NCBI RefSeq assembly: GCF_964355755.1
Contig: NC_092672.1
Span: 24,689,237-24,753,236 of the forward strand
DNA length: 64,000 bases
From: Antedon mediterranea
Lineage: Eukaryota > Animalia > Echinodermata
Direction: 5' to 3'
Shown here: positions 48,672 to 62,789 of the stretch, in pieces
How positions within the stretch are numbered: position 1 is the stretch's first letter
Layout: each line of letters starts with the position of its first letter
Made by a program: the position numbers and the translations under genes
Notes under the pieces: model-generated
Seen by the model: the letters and a program-made list of their open reading frames with translations, nothing else
Databases searched by the model: none
Told to the model about the DNA's origin: nothing

Positions 48672-49449
48672 AAAGAAAGTAAAACATGCAAGCTAGATTG
48701 AAAATGAAAGCCATTTATTATACGATTGTACACAGCTAATATGTTATGATACCATATTATATAGGAATCAGTTTATAAAATGTAGTGTTAACTATCTGTC
48801 GGTTATTTTGTACTCCAAAGCAGATGTATTTTGTGATGTAGTAAAATATCTATGGAGGTTTTATTACGAAAGGAAAATTATAAAACATATTTTAAATATT
48901 TTTATATCACTATTTTGAATTTAAAGTATCTAATTTACAGTACTAAATTGTTTATATTTGTATGATAAAATATTATAAATGAATAAAAGCGGGATGATAT
49001 TTCCATGAAATATTTTTGAATACCGTGATAATAATTTGTATATTTTGAGCTTAATTCATTTTAAATCTGTGTCGTTGTAAGAAGAGAACACCTCAAGTAT
49101 TGCATCCGCGTCTCTTTGGTTGCCGTTTAAATATCACGTCATCGTTCATCATCATTGCCGTTCGTGTTCATTATCATTGTCACTATCGTCATTATTATCA
49201 AATCATTATTCGTCACTATCATTCGAAACTGTATATTAAAATGTAACGGATTCTTTCGGAATTCTGTGTGTCACCTCATTAGTGCAGCAATGTGTACTAA
49301 TTCGTGTCTTTAAATTTTCTCTAGACTTAAAAAGTACGTAATTAAATGCACCGTGCAGGAATCAGTAACTTCCAGAAAGAGATCCAAATACTTTGAGGAA
49401 CTGTAAGCACGCCGGAAAAAAAACCACTCATCATGGTGAAGTGAACATG

Positions 49450-49558
49450 AACAAGGCCAACAGCCATAAGTCGCGTGCTAAAACGCATAGTGATACCGGA
49501 CCGACAGACCGACCGACCGACATAGTAAACTATAGAGTCGCGACCACGCGACTAAAAA
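49450..49558 (-). mobile_element. Minimal Helentron-associated element (HINE/DINE-1-like), about 110 bp
   Basis: tttttagtcgcgt...gcgact palindrome, GTCG/GTCT microsatellite, acgcgact subTIR and ggctgttggcc 3' end; same ends as 54342-55117. Confidence 0.7.
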
Positions 49559-49779
49559 TAGTAGGCAAACATCATGAGTAAAAAAGTTCACGATAACTGG
49601 TGTGTAATACAAAATTGCTCAGTTGACCATAAATACAATAATATGATAATACTACGTCATAATCATCGTAACCAACAACATTACATAGTTAGATTATTCC
49701 TCATGAATGTTATAAATAATAAACTGGATGAAGCTACTCTAAATAAATATAAAGTTTAGATAGGAGTTAAACGCTTAAT

Positions 49780-50660
49780 GATAATAATAATAATAATAAT
49801 AATAAATGAAGACTTATATAGCGCCGGTATCCTCCACCCATGTGGCGCTCATGGCGCTTTGTGCATTAACAACGTGCGAGAACATCAGCGAATAGCGACG
49901 TCTTTAGGTTGGTCTTGAAACTGTTTAGACTAGTTGAACATTTAACTGTTGCTGGTAAGCTGTTCCATACACTTGCGGCCGCAACGTAAAAAGATCTCTG
50001 ACCCCACTGATTTTTCGCTCTACGCTCTTGAAGAAGGTTTTGTGACAATGATCGTAGGCCTCTGCGGGATGATTCGTAACGATCCACAAGGTCAGATAAA
50101 TAAGCAGGAGCACTGTCATTTAGGATCTTGAATACAAACAACGCAAGTTTGTACTTAATACGTTGTTGAACAGGCAACCAATGCAAATCCATCAGGACAG
50201 GAGTTATGTGAGCGTTTGATTTTGTATAAGTTACAATTCTAGCTGCCATATTTTGCAAGCGCTGCAAACGTTGTATTTGAGATTTTGGTATGCCAAACAA
50301 CAAGGCATTACCAATGTCAATTTTAGAAGTGACAAATGAGTGTACAATCAATTCAGCTGTTTTCTTGTTAAGATTACCGCGAATACGACCAAGGTTCCTA
50401 ATCGATATGCATGCTGCTTTGGATACAGTTGTTATTTGTGCTTCCATAGTGAGATTACTATCCAGCATGATTCCCAGATTCCGGACCACCGATGAGGGAG
50501 CGATGTTAGAGTTTCCGATTCTGATATGTGTGATGTTGATTTTGGAGATGTTACATTTAGACCCGACGATAATAAACTCTGTCTTTCCATCATTCAACTT
50601 TAGGTAATTTGTTGTCATCCAATTGCGAACATCTTCTATACAGGCTTCCATCTTACTGAT
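49780..50660 (-). mobile_element. 5'-truncated L2-clade LINE
   Basis: LKLNDGKTE, VRNLG, RLQRLQNMAAR, ITPVLMDLHWLPV, FKTNLKT; 3' gcgctatataag and (ATT)n tail. Confidence 0.9.
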
Positions 50661-53600
50661 TGCTGCAGCAACATCCCTTTGAGTTTGCAGAATTTGATAA
50701 TTACCAACTTAATACAAAAAATAGAAAGACAAAAAGGAGGTGGTCTATATTGCCAACGGAACTATTATGTGAGAAACTTACCGACCACAACAACTGCCCT
50801 TTTGAATGCCTTTTGATTAAAGTTACATTACCAAGAATGTGCAAACTCTTTAGCACCAGTCGGTCGAACCATCACAACTTTATTCTTATCTGCTCGACGA
50901 ATGAGATAAACACTAAGATCATAAATCACAATGAAGACACAGTTCTACGAGAGTTCGTCAGTTAGATCTTTCGGCCAATGTATACAATGGAGATGATCCT
51001 TTTCTCTCGGATGGTAATGTTAATGCCAAAACTAATTTATATAATTCAATTATGCATGATACTTACAATGGGCATTTCCCAGTGATTACTAGCAGTAAGC
51101 GGGTTACAGATAAAACTGACGCACAACATAAGAAAATTAGTTAATTAATTAAGTTGCTAAATTTAATTTAAGATAAATTTTAAAAACTGATCAATGGGCC
51201 AGACTTCGGAATTTTGTACAAAAAATAATTTAGGTTACCAGCATAATTTCCATCAAGAGAACCTCCCCAGTTATATTCATATACTTTTTTTTGTATAATT
51301 TGTTCATCATTTTTATATTGTAATTGTATTTCTTTCATACGGTCTCGTGGAAGAACACATTTTGTTGTGAACGAGCCTCCGTTTTAAAATAAATATATTG
51401 TTATTATTATATATGCCTGGAAAGTACGGAAAAGGCTTAATATAGCTTGATTTAAAAACATCTAAAGCTGGTCATCCCGACAATTAACCAGTGAGCTTAA
51501 TAATGGATTTTGCACCTACTAACTCCAATTATCACGAATATGTTGAACAGTGTACTAGTGAAAGATATTTTTTTTGGAGGATTGGAAGAAGTCCACTCAG
51601 TTTACAATATGAAAGGTTAAAAATGCAAGACTTTAAATGTGCTTAGACCTATCTCGCTCTCTCCATTTTTGTTTGAATATTTCATTTTTCAATGGATTCT
51701 CTAGAATAACAGTGACGGATAAGAGGCAATAGCTGCAAGCAGAGCTCGACAACTTTCCATCTTATCAGCGTCATTGACAAATCCTGAAGGGTTTTAAGAG
51801 AGATAGCTTTGATGCAAATATTTGTGTTCATCGTGTAGGTCACTCTGTATGTATCAATATGTTAATTGAGCTTAGGATTTGGTCGTCAATGGCACATCAT
51901 GAATACTCGATTTGCGGGAGTGGTCTCTGATACATACCAATTAACTGTGGAGTACCTCATGGTAGCCTACTTTAATAGCACCCACCCTTTTCCTGGTGTT
52001 ATTCAATGATGCACTCATTGTGTGCTGTGGAGGTTACAGTTACTTAAACAAGTGGTGCAATGTATCTGGTAATATGACACCGAAACTATCTAAATGTAAG
52101 GTGATGTAGTTACAACTATTAAGATGTTATTACATTTGAAGTAAAAATGATTCAGTATTAAAGGTGTTGAAAATAATTACTCGATATTGTTATTCATAAT
52201 AATTTAAAATGTGATACGAATACTGAGGAGATTGTTTCAAGAGATCTGTGTTTGAAAATGATATATTGATAGATCTATTTATTGAACAAACAGTAGGCCT
52301 AATAAAAAAAAGATGTGTGGGAATTGTATGTAGTTGAAACCGAAACACGACATAAACGCCCTGGTACAATATTGTGTGTATGCATTTGGCGGAGCGTTAT
52401 TTGAGGGAAAATGCCCCGGGGCATTTATTATTTGAGGAGGTGGAAGGGTGGGCGTTTATTTCAAATGATGTTTTATGAAGGGGACGCCGCGCGTCATTCA
52501 AAGCGGGGCGTTTATTCGAATAAATACGGTAGGTTATTAGTTTTAATAAGTTAATCACTTCCGTAAAAAAACGACAAATGACAAAATAAAATTTTTAAAT
52601 TCTCTCAAAAACCCATTTACTTGTAGCAATTTGACTCTTTTTAAAATTACAGTTTTTCAGGTAAATTCAATTTTTTTTCAAAGTGGATAACTATTAATGT
52701 GACATTAAAATGGCATCTGTAATTAACGTGGCCAAAATTACATTTCGATGATTATGTTGACACCTTAAATAATGAACAAAATATATATTGCGATATTAAT
52801 TTGATTAAAAAATCAGGATTAGGATATGACATTAAACAAACTTAAAAAAAACGTTATCACCACTTAATACGAAACGATCTGGGAAGACAACTTTAGCTTA
52901 TGGTTGTAAAAGATATCTCTGATTATTTGATGATAAATAGATGATTATTGATGATGTATGAATTATTTGATCACAGTCATTCCAAATTATATCTTTCTTG
53001 CGTCTTTTAGTTAATAGATTATAATGATTAAGACATGGTTTGTTCTTCCAGGCCTAAAAGGCTGTCGATTGCTTGATGATCGATTGATGAATAGGGTCAC
53101 ATCCCTACCATAGGCATAGGTCTGCAATATTTATTACACAATAGTATATCCTGACTTGCAATGATCTCAACCATGATCCTGTTTTAGAATGATTTTTTGT
53201 TGTTAAAATTAGATAAATTCGTATTATTAGGCCTACTTTTTAAATTTATTAACATCACGTCATTTCAGTAATAAAATGGGACGTCTTCTTAAAAGATTCC
53301 AGGTCATCTCTTTAGACTTAGACCAAAGAATATATATCAAATGAGTATTCCGCGATTTTTGCATGAGAGCTCCAGAGAGAGTGATACCCGCCCTAATAAG
53401 GGCGGATGTATACATACTAAATAAGACTTGATTTAATAGATATTATACATGTCACATTACATAGAATTATGATAATATATTTTGCAATTGTAAACTATTT
53501 TATAATACATATTTATTAACAAACTAGTGTACATTCACTTTTACAGACAATTATTTACTAACATGCTAAATTAGTTCACAAAAAAGGCCTAACACAGCAA

Positions 53601-54341
53601 TAGGTGGTCCAGCCTTTGATTAGTGAAACCGTCACAAAAAGTTGTATACATCCCAGATACATCCTCACTCATGGCGGCGCCCTACCACATGGACAAGGAA
53701 AATCGCGGATTACTCATTCTTGTGAGTCGTCGCGTCGGCAGAGGTCGCACACGTGTGTGTACTACCATGGAGCATGGATTAAAGAATCGAATGCATGGAG
53801 TAAAGAATAAATTACTTTCTGTGATATAAGTATTATTTAGAATGCTGTGGTGTGGATATATTTGAATCTATTTTAAATGATTTAGATATACGTTTATTAT
53901 TATAATAATAATCTTAAACGGGCAATAAACTTGTACTTGTGTCTTGTACATACTCTTGCAGGCCTAATGTGTTCTAATAAAAACAGAAATGACGATTAAA
54001 TCAGTTAATAATACATTAAGTATTTTAAAACTCTGGTTATATAGGCCTATTGTATGTCTAATAATTATTGTATATTATCAACAATACTTAAATAAGCCTA
54101 TGCCTTCGTAAGAAAATAGGAGGAACAAAATAACATTACAGTATTTCGAAATTCTTTTTTTATAGCGATTTTTGGAAAAATTTATATTTAGTAAGGCTTG
54201 AATTATTTCAGGATTATACAGTTCCACAGTAAAACCTACCAACATTGGATTGCGAAAACTCTGAAAAGGCTACTACTGCTAAAACAATGAGGGAGTGTCT
54301 TGAATTCCATCTTAGACAATGAAGGTGGTGTAGCATGGTTG

Positions 54342-55117
54342 TTTTTAGTCGCGTGGAAGCGACTCTATAGTTCACTATGTCGGTCGGTTGGTCGGTCTGT
54401 CTGTCGGTCCGGTATCACTATGCGTGTTATCGCTTTGTGATCTTATCTTGATATCAGTTTAATCTAGCTAGGTCAATTTTTCACAGTATATTCCTTATGG
54501 CCAGGAATCAATGTGGTTATGTTTTCACGATGCTCAATAAAAAATTACGCGGTCTACGCACGATTTAACGAAATCACGTTTGTAATCATATCTTCACAAC
54601 CATGAATCACAATTAAATAAAATTTGGTACTCATAAATTTCAGGGCATAAATCATCATATGGCAATACAATTACGTGCGTAGCGCATGTAACGCATGCGT
54701 ACGCGCGCTTAAAATTTTCTAAATTTATTTTCGATGAAATAAGAGTACGTTTCAGGCAATTTTAAGCGTTTACAAAATTGCCATGAGTGCGCATATTTTT
54801 GCGCGCGCACTGCGCGTTAAATGTTATTGCGCACTCTTTTTGCCCGATTTCTGTTTTCTTGACTTACTTTTCAACTCGAAATTACGTTATACGAGCACGT
54901 CAAAAGTGACAGGCTACGCACGTGTAAATTAAAAAAATATAAATGTTTTTAAACATTTCAACATTTTTAAACATGTTCAGTAATTTCGGTCAGTATAGTT
55001 CACTATGTCGGTCGGTCGGTCTGTCGGTCTTTCTGTCGGTCTGTCTGTCTGTCGGTCAGTCTGTCGGTCCGGTATCACTATGCATTGTAGCACGCGACTT
55101 AATGGCTGTTGGCCTTG
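54342..55117 (+). mobile_element. HINE/DINE-1-like element, long form
   Basis: Same subTIRs, palindrome and GTCY microsatellite; the microsatellite block is present twice (about 54367-54423 and 54994-55083). Confidence 0.7.
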
Positions 55118-55658
55118 CTTATTAACATAACAATGAAATGTGTTACGTTTCGTGTCTTCAATTTGTTGAAGTGTTATTAACAGCAAAGTTAAATATAAAA
55201 ATAATGGTGAATTATTTTATGTTTTTAATAATTAGAGGGAAGCTAGATTGCTTGTTGTGTGTGATTAATGGAGATGTTAATATTAATGTTACATTTTATT
55301 ATGTTATTTATCCAATATTTACTATTTTTATAAATTGTCACGATTGTTGTAATTCAGTTTGTTAACTGCAAGAACAATTTAAATAAATAAACCTTGCTTA
55401 TTATTGTTGTTGCGTCCGTTTTCACTTACATTTCTTTTCTTACGTTATGCTAATATAATATGTTCATTATTGGTTTATATTTATTTTACTCTGTACAGTA
55501 TTTGTAAAAATAAATGTTATTAAGTTACTAATAATAATAATAATAAACAGTATTTATATAGCGCCTAATGGATCACTGACCTCTCTAGGTGCTTTACATA
55601 GGACCTTAACTAATGGTAATAAACTATCCCCCGCCGGACACCATTCCGGTATTTCTTA

Positions 55659-56497
55659 AGCCCCTTTCTCACAGAGTTGTGTGCCAGGAATATTGCGAGA
55701 ATATACCATTACCTTGCCGGTATGGTTTTCTGTGAGAACGGGTCGTCTTGGCATCATGCCGGCACCATGCCGGCATCGACATGACCTGCTTTAGACCTAG
55801 TAATATTCTAGGGATATTCCCCGCAATGCCAGACGGGCATTCTGTGAGAACGTATTGCCGTTATATTCCGGGGTTCCCCGTCGAGGCTTTGACACCTTGC
55901 GCAGTCAAGTGTATCACTTTGGCGCCTATTCAATTCAATTAACAATAATAATGTCGAACTGGAGGGATAATGAGATAAGAGAGCTGCTTAAAATAAGGGG
56001 ACAAGAAGAAATTTGTAGCATAATCTATATAGGCCGCTAGGCTAGGCCAGCCATCATAGCTCTTTAGACTTTGTTTGTTGGTGCCTGACCTTTCGTCGCC
56101 TTGTAAATTGTAGGCCTACAGCCTTCTAAGGTGTTTTACAGATTGCCGATGACGGCAAATTAATTGCTATACCTGTATAATATATGCACAATATACTGTA
56201 CATAGCATGTATTGCATAAATATGCTATAAAGGAAGATAATAATCTGTAACTTAACATTCGCCGCCATATCATCGCTAGACAAAAATAATAACAATAAAG
56301 GACGCCCTCAATAATTATTTTGTCAGAGACTTTTTATTGGCCGAATATGCCCGACTCCTTTCTCACAGAAAGCCGGTATATACCGGTTATATTTCCGGCA
56401 CGATAGTCCGATGAGAATGGGTATATGCCGGTAACGATACCGGCACGACGCCAGCACTGTACCGGTATATTGCAGGCACATCTGTGAGAAAGGGGCT
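55659..56497 (+). mobile_element. Harbinger-type deletion derivative with Myb/SANT N-terminal remnant
   Basis: TIR agcccctttctcacaga; TA-containing flanks; MSNWRDNEIRELLKIRGQEEI at 55951. Confidence 0.75.
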
Positions 56498-57319
56498 TAG
56501 GTCAAGGTTTCGGGGATGGAGACAATCAATAATGTGAAAAAAAAAATGTAACAAAGCTAAACTATGCTTAACTATGCTTAACTAGTTGTTGTAAAAGTTG
56601 TGGTATACATTACTGATTCTGATTTTCTAATGTACAAATTATATGTGGCAAACTTCACCGACATTGATATACAGTAACAACAACGATAAATGAAGAAAAA
56701 CATAATTAAAAGTTAATATTTATTTGTAAAGTACACTTAACACACACTCTTCTTCATTATAACTTATAGCAGTGCATATCCTTAAATTAATCTAATGATA
56801 GTACTGTATATAACTTGCATTCCTTTCAGTCTTAAATATAATCGTTGGAGCACATTTTCCGACCGGTACAAAAATGAAAACATTTCATTATCTTGTGTCA
56901 TTATTTATAATTCAATCTTAATATAAGAAAAAGCAAAGCATGATTTTATGTTCAATATCACAAAATACACATTAAATCTCATTTAATTTGATTTATAAAT
57001 AACATTTTGTTGTACTTAGTTAATAATAAAACGTCAGATATTTATGACTGTATAATCTCACATAAAAAAAGTAGGGTAAGTGATCTAGGTATAACATCGA
57101 ATCTTTGCTGTATAATGTCTAATTTCATAACGTGATTCACTAGTTATTACAAAAGTTAGTAAAAAGACTTAAACAAATCAGTTTGTTTGATTTCATCGTG
57201 TTACATGAAAAAGGAAATGTTGTAAATATATAATTTTGTGTGTTTTCGCTTGCATCGTTATTCATTTTGGTTTGATTTATTACAGTTAGGCCTCTAAAGT
57301 TAAAGTTTAAAAGTATAGT

Positions 57320-58755
57320 CACCTACAAAAAGCGCATGATGACTGATTGAATAACTCTTTCATAGAATAAATTTAAAGTACCACAGCTAACATTAAATTT
57401 ATTTAGCTTTCTTAGGAAATATAACCTTTGGTGACCTTTCTTAATTATCTCGGCCGTATTTTTTTCAAAACTAAGTTGATCATCAATATGTGTACCAAGA
57501 TATTTGGTTTCATGAACACGTTCAATTGTCTGATCATTAACTATCAGATAACTTTTATCATTTTTCTTTTTCCTAAAATCCCATATAATTTCTTTAGTTT
57601 TATTAAAATTAATCTTAAGGTAATTGTCATTGCACCATGACATTAATTTAACATATTCAGCCTTATACACATGATCGTCAGCATTTTTCAATAGACCAAT
57701 CAGTACCATGTCATCTGCGTATTTGATTATATGACACATGTTACATGAAGATCGACATTCACTGGTATATATTGTAAATAAACTTGGTGACAGACAACAC
57801 CCCTGGGGTGCACCAGTGTTGATCCTTCTAATCTCTGAGATAGATTTACCAACTTTAACATACTGTAGCCGATTTGTAAGAAAATCACCAACCCATAGAG
57901 CAAGGTAAGGATTAACCTTTCATTCAGACATTTTGTTCATTAAAATATGAGGCTGCATCAAATTAAATGCAGATGAAAAGTCTATGAATAGCCCTCGAGC
58001 ATAGGTCCCCTTCTTATCTAAATGTGAAACCACCAGGTCTAACAAGGTTATAATAGCATCATCGACCCCTCTATTACATTGATATGCAAATTGGTTATTA
58101 TCCATAAAATCACTACATTCAGACATTAGTTGACTTCTAACAATTTTCTCAAGGATCTTCATTAGAATAGATGTTAATGCCACTGGTCTGAAGTCGTTAA
58201 TGATTTTAGGGTTACACATTTTCGGAACAGGTATAATCTCAGAGACCTTCCATAGATCAGGTACCACCCCCGTGTTCAGTGGACACTGGAAAAGCTGGCT
58301 TATTATTGGTGAAAGCTGAGAGGCACATGATCTAATCAAACGCCCTGATACACCGTCCGGACCCTTTGCTTTACTAACATTTAACCTTTCCATATATTTC
58401 TTAACATCATCTACATCAATTTTTATTGCACTTTTATCATTCATTTCATTTTTAAACCCTTCAGCAGATGCAGTCATTTCACATTTAAAATTTATTTCAT
58501 CAAATCTAGAATAAAAAATATTAAAATCATTTGGTTTAAAACTGTGTTCCATTTCATTATTTTTCTTCCCCATACCTGTAATTTGAATTTGTTCTCAATT
58601 TTTTCTCCATATTCTTTTTTACATGCTTTGATTTTCTTATTTACACATTTTTTAATCTTTTTCTTTTCCATATCGTTGCATTTGTTTTTGGATGCAATAT
58701 ATTTCTTAAGTAATTCTTTTCTTACATCTTTTGTGAGCCAAGGCTTATTATTATT
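57320..58755 (-). pseudogene. Frameshifted Rex1/Babar-like LINE reverse transcriptase fragment
   Basis: KPWLT, KAKGPDG, FRPVALTS, QFAY, IDFSSAFN, GAPQG, KYADD spread over several frames. Confidence 0.85.
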
Positions 58756-60154
58756 AAGAGCCATTGTCTGTAAGAATCAAAGAAATATCAAAAAGAGTGG
58801 CAGACTAAAAAAAATGGATTTCTTTCAAATTTTGCACATGGCTATATATGTGTTGAGAGAAATCAAATATTAAGTTGTTTTTTTTTCACACGTATATTTC
58901 CATGGCAACGGCCAAATTTGTGTTTTTGACAAATTTTGTCCTTTTTTAAGGTTTTTTAAAATGGATATTGGTACTACTTTGATGAACGATATTTTTGTTT
59001 TGTTCATTTATTTATAAAAAATAATGAGTGTATGCATAATAACAATGCATTGTGTACCTGTTTCAAATTTTTTTATTTTTTTTTATTTCATACTTTGGGA
59101 GATACCATTATTTAAAAAGGGGTGTTTTTCACTTTTTTTTAATTGTTCAATGCAACTAAACTTTACTTAACCATAACGCCCAAAGTGGTGTATTTTTTTA
59201 GCTGATTTATTACAAATAGGTAGTTCTAATGTTTAATAATTGATTTCTAAAATAAAATACTGGGGTAAATTTAAAATCTACAAGCAGTGTTGCGAGAAAC
59301 ATAGGCATTTTTATTTTTAAAAAAACATGGTATATTAGTAAAAACATTTTATTTTCTTTGATTATTTGATTTGAAACTCATTGGTCAGAAAAATTCTTAA
59401 TGTTTTATATAGTTCTAGTTGTGTTGTGAGAAAAAAAAAATTTTTAATTATAGATTCTGTAATTCCCAGTTTTAATGTCATTTTATAGGTTATATCCTCT
59501 GGAAATTTGAATAAATTATCAGATCGTTATGAATTTTAATCTTTGCAACAGATTACTCCTCTCTTATTTTGAAGCTCCTCTTTCATTTGTTTACTTCTTT
59601 TATTTACTAACCTAAGCAGATCCCACATGCCCATCCACCACCACTTTCGACTACCACCCTCCCTCCGCCCCCCACCCCGACTATAACCACAAAAAGATAA
59701 ACTGCAACACTTTGGTCGATCATCTACTACAGAGTGTCAAATGCATGCATTCAAGCACCACCCACACTGCCGCTACTATCGCCTCAATAAATATACGGAT
59801 TCAAACTCCTCCATCCCACCCCCTCCCCCTTTCTCCAAGCCCCCACCCACCCCAAGTTAAAAATTGCAATGCAAAAGATAGGACATAAAGTTAAGTTTTT
59901 AGACCCTCGCCTTCAACCCCCTAACTATTTAAAAGTCCTGGATCCACCACTTTCCCCTCCCCAAAATAGAACCAATCAAAAGTCAATGATATACTCATGG
60001 TATGTTAATGCTACATAACAAATATTGAAGCCCTGATTTGAAATTTCATTTCATTTAAGGTCAGCATGTAAAATATCACACTTTATTATTAAATATTGGT
60101 TTTAAATTCTATATTTTTTTTACTGTGATGGTTGGATTCAGTATTAATTATTAA

Positions 60155-60637
60155 TTAATAATTATCTGATAATTATATAATTTCCCTTAGTTATACATAG
60201 CAACAGTTACTATGGTAACTAAAATTGAGATATTCTTTAGATTTTGCATATTTATCTTATACAAATTTAAATTTGTAGATTATTAGCAGGCATGCCTTAT
60301 TTGCATTTTCAAATTACCGTTTCACAAGGTCATATTCGTAAACACTTTCTTCTGTGATTATTTTTATTCATGAAAACCCCATATTTTATAATATAATAAA
60401 ATATAATAATTATCTGATAATTATATAATTTCTCTTAGTTATACATAGCAACAGTTACTATGGTAACTAAAATTGAGATATTCTTTAGATTTTGCATATT
60501 TATCGTATACAAATTTGAATTTGTAGATTATTAGCAGGCATGCCTTATTTGCATTTTCAAATTACCGTTTCACAAGGTCATATTCGTAAACACTTTCTTC
60601 TGTGATTATTTTTATTCATGAAAACCCCATATTTTAT
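60155..60637. repeat. Two-copy tandem duplication of about 248 bp
   Basis: taattatctgataattatataattt...aaccccatattttat occurs twice, nearly identical. Confidence 0.85.
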
Positions 60638-60638
60638 T

Positions 60639-61076
60639 TACAGCGGCCACCTCCCTTATAACGGGCGCACTTTGAAAAGCCTGTTTGTTCTTCCTATCTA
60701 ATTAGTGCATTTGGTGCTTACCGTAAGCAGCTGCGGGCACCTTTTTATACAAAACATGAGATTTTTTGTAAGCGGCCAATCGAAAAATGTGATACTTATT
60801 GCATGGACCTATGAATTAGAGGTGCATGTTTATTGTATTTCTTTATATATTAGCTTTATTTTGAAGAGGTTTTAAAAACATTACTGTGAATTGATGAGAA
60901 AACTACACAGATTTTGATAGACCCTTTTTCATATGATAAAAGTTTTTAAACTTTGTTACGTCTGAAAATGCTAAAAAATACTAAAGCACCTGATTATAAA
61001 TAATAATAGGCCTACAATTATAAGCGGCCCCTTTTCCAGTTCCCGAGGGTGGCCACTTACGGGAGGTTCAACTGTA
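60639..61076. mobile_element. Tc1/pogo-like MITE remnant
   Basis: Repeated taagcggcc motifs; ends gggaggttcaactg|ta; left TIR truncated. Confidence 0.5.
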
Positions 61077-61454
61077 TTTAAAAAAAACAATTATCCTTAG
61101 TTATGCATAGAAACAGGTTCTAAGATAACATAAATAATACATTTTGACATAACTTGACCCAACAAATTACCCTTTCACAAGGTCAGACATTTTCTGGGAT
61201 TCAGTAGATAAGTAAATTTGGGAAAAGGTAGTAAAGCTATGTAATCAATTGTTGTAGTCATGAAACCCCATATTAAAAATATTGTACTTAGTTACGTACT
61301 GTATAGAAACAGTTGCTACAATACACTATAGGTAAAATGTTGATGTCATTTGACCTCAATATGTAACATTTTTTTTTTCATGAAAACTCCATATTTAATT
61401 ATTTTTTTTAAATATCATTAGTTACGTAAACAGGTTTAAGATAACACTAACAAC

Positions 61455-61925
61455 TGACGCCCTTATCTCATCATTGCATCACTGGTACCAAGCCACTGAT
61501 GATGGCGAGGAAGTACGTGCTCTCCTATTGGATTTTAGCAAAGCGTATGATATGATTGACCACCACATTTTAATTAGAAAGTTAAAGAACATAGGTATCG
61601 ACGAGGTTCTTGTAGCATGGATTCAAGCTTTTCTTGCAGATAGAAAACACAGAGTGAAATTGAAGAATGTCTTCTCACCGTGGCTAAAACCAAATGGAGG
61701 AATCCCACAAGGATCATGGCTTGGTCCAATCCTGTTTGTTGCCTTCATTGATGACCTCCAGGTCGATCTGCCGCTTATGAAATATATGGACGATACCACC
61801 TTTTACCAAAGTTATAATAAGAACTCCGAGTGCAAAATTCAAGATAGTATGAACAGTATATTTAAATGGTGCGAAGAAAATGGTATGAAACTGAATGAGA
61901 AAAAATCGGTTGAACTGCGCATTAC
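61455..61925 (+). pseudogene. Internal LINE reverse transcriptase fragment
   Basis: LDFSKAYD, GIPQGSWLGP, KYMDDTT, MKLNEKKS; truncated on both sides. Confidence 0.85.
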
Positions 61926-61934
61926 ATGTATACT

Positions 61935-62625
61935 CTAGTAGCTAGATCAACTTTCGTATGCACTTTGAGGTCCAGAGAATTTGACTTCAGAAATTGGTTT
62001 AGGGTGGTCAAACAATCATTTTTGGCTTGGTTACACAATTTGAAAATGTGGCGAAAGGTCAAAAGGTCAGGGTCAAAGGTTATAAAATCAAACACCATTA
62101 TGTCCTTAAATCTCGACAACCACTGGTCACAGCGAGGTAATTTTGGTCTTAAATTAATCAGAAGGTATACATTTATATTCAGTCTAATGAAACATTTTAG
62201 TCGAAAATGACCGGAAATGCCATTTCTGACCTTTGACCCATAAACCAGGGCATGTCTGTATCTCCGTAACTATTGGCCGTAGTGACTTGAATTTGGGCTC
62301 AAATTGTTCGAAATATACATTTAGTTATTTGTTACTCATTTTGAAAAATGTTACAAAAGGTCAAAGGGTCAAGGTCAAGGGTTATTTGAACAAATAAAAA
62401 AAGGTACTTGTATCTCGGCAACCACTGGTCGCAGCAAGACAGTTTTGGTCTCAAAATGTTCAGAAGGCATGCATTTATATTCCATCTAATGGGGAATTTT
62501 AGTCAAAAATGATCAGAAATGCCATTTCTGACCTTTGACCCACATACCAGGGCATCTTCATATCTCTGTAAGTACAGGTCGTAGAAACTTAAATTTGGTA
62601 TCAAATTGTTCGAAATATACATATT
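61935..62625. repeat. Interspersed repeat rich in tgacctttgacc/ggtcaaaggtca with about 300-bp internal tandem duplication
   Basis: About 62040-62325 resembles about 62342-62625. Confidence 0.6.
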
Positions 62626-62789
62626 TACATTCATTGTAATAGAAAATGTGGTTAAAAGATGAACAGAAATACTATTACTAATGTTTCAAACAAAAAACAT
62701 ATCTACACAACTTATCCTTAGACAGTAATGTTATGCAATAACTGATACTTTAAATTGTTTTAATTTCACGTTATTGCTGTCCCCGAGGA

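Noticed and set aside
50660-51410. Possible + strand LINE endonuclease remnant with (TTA)n tail
   Set aside because: Too decayed to support by eye
58756-59500. Possible DNA-transposon left end truncating the LINE
   Set aside because: No matching right TIR or TSD found
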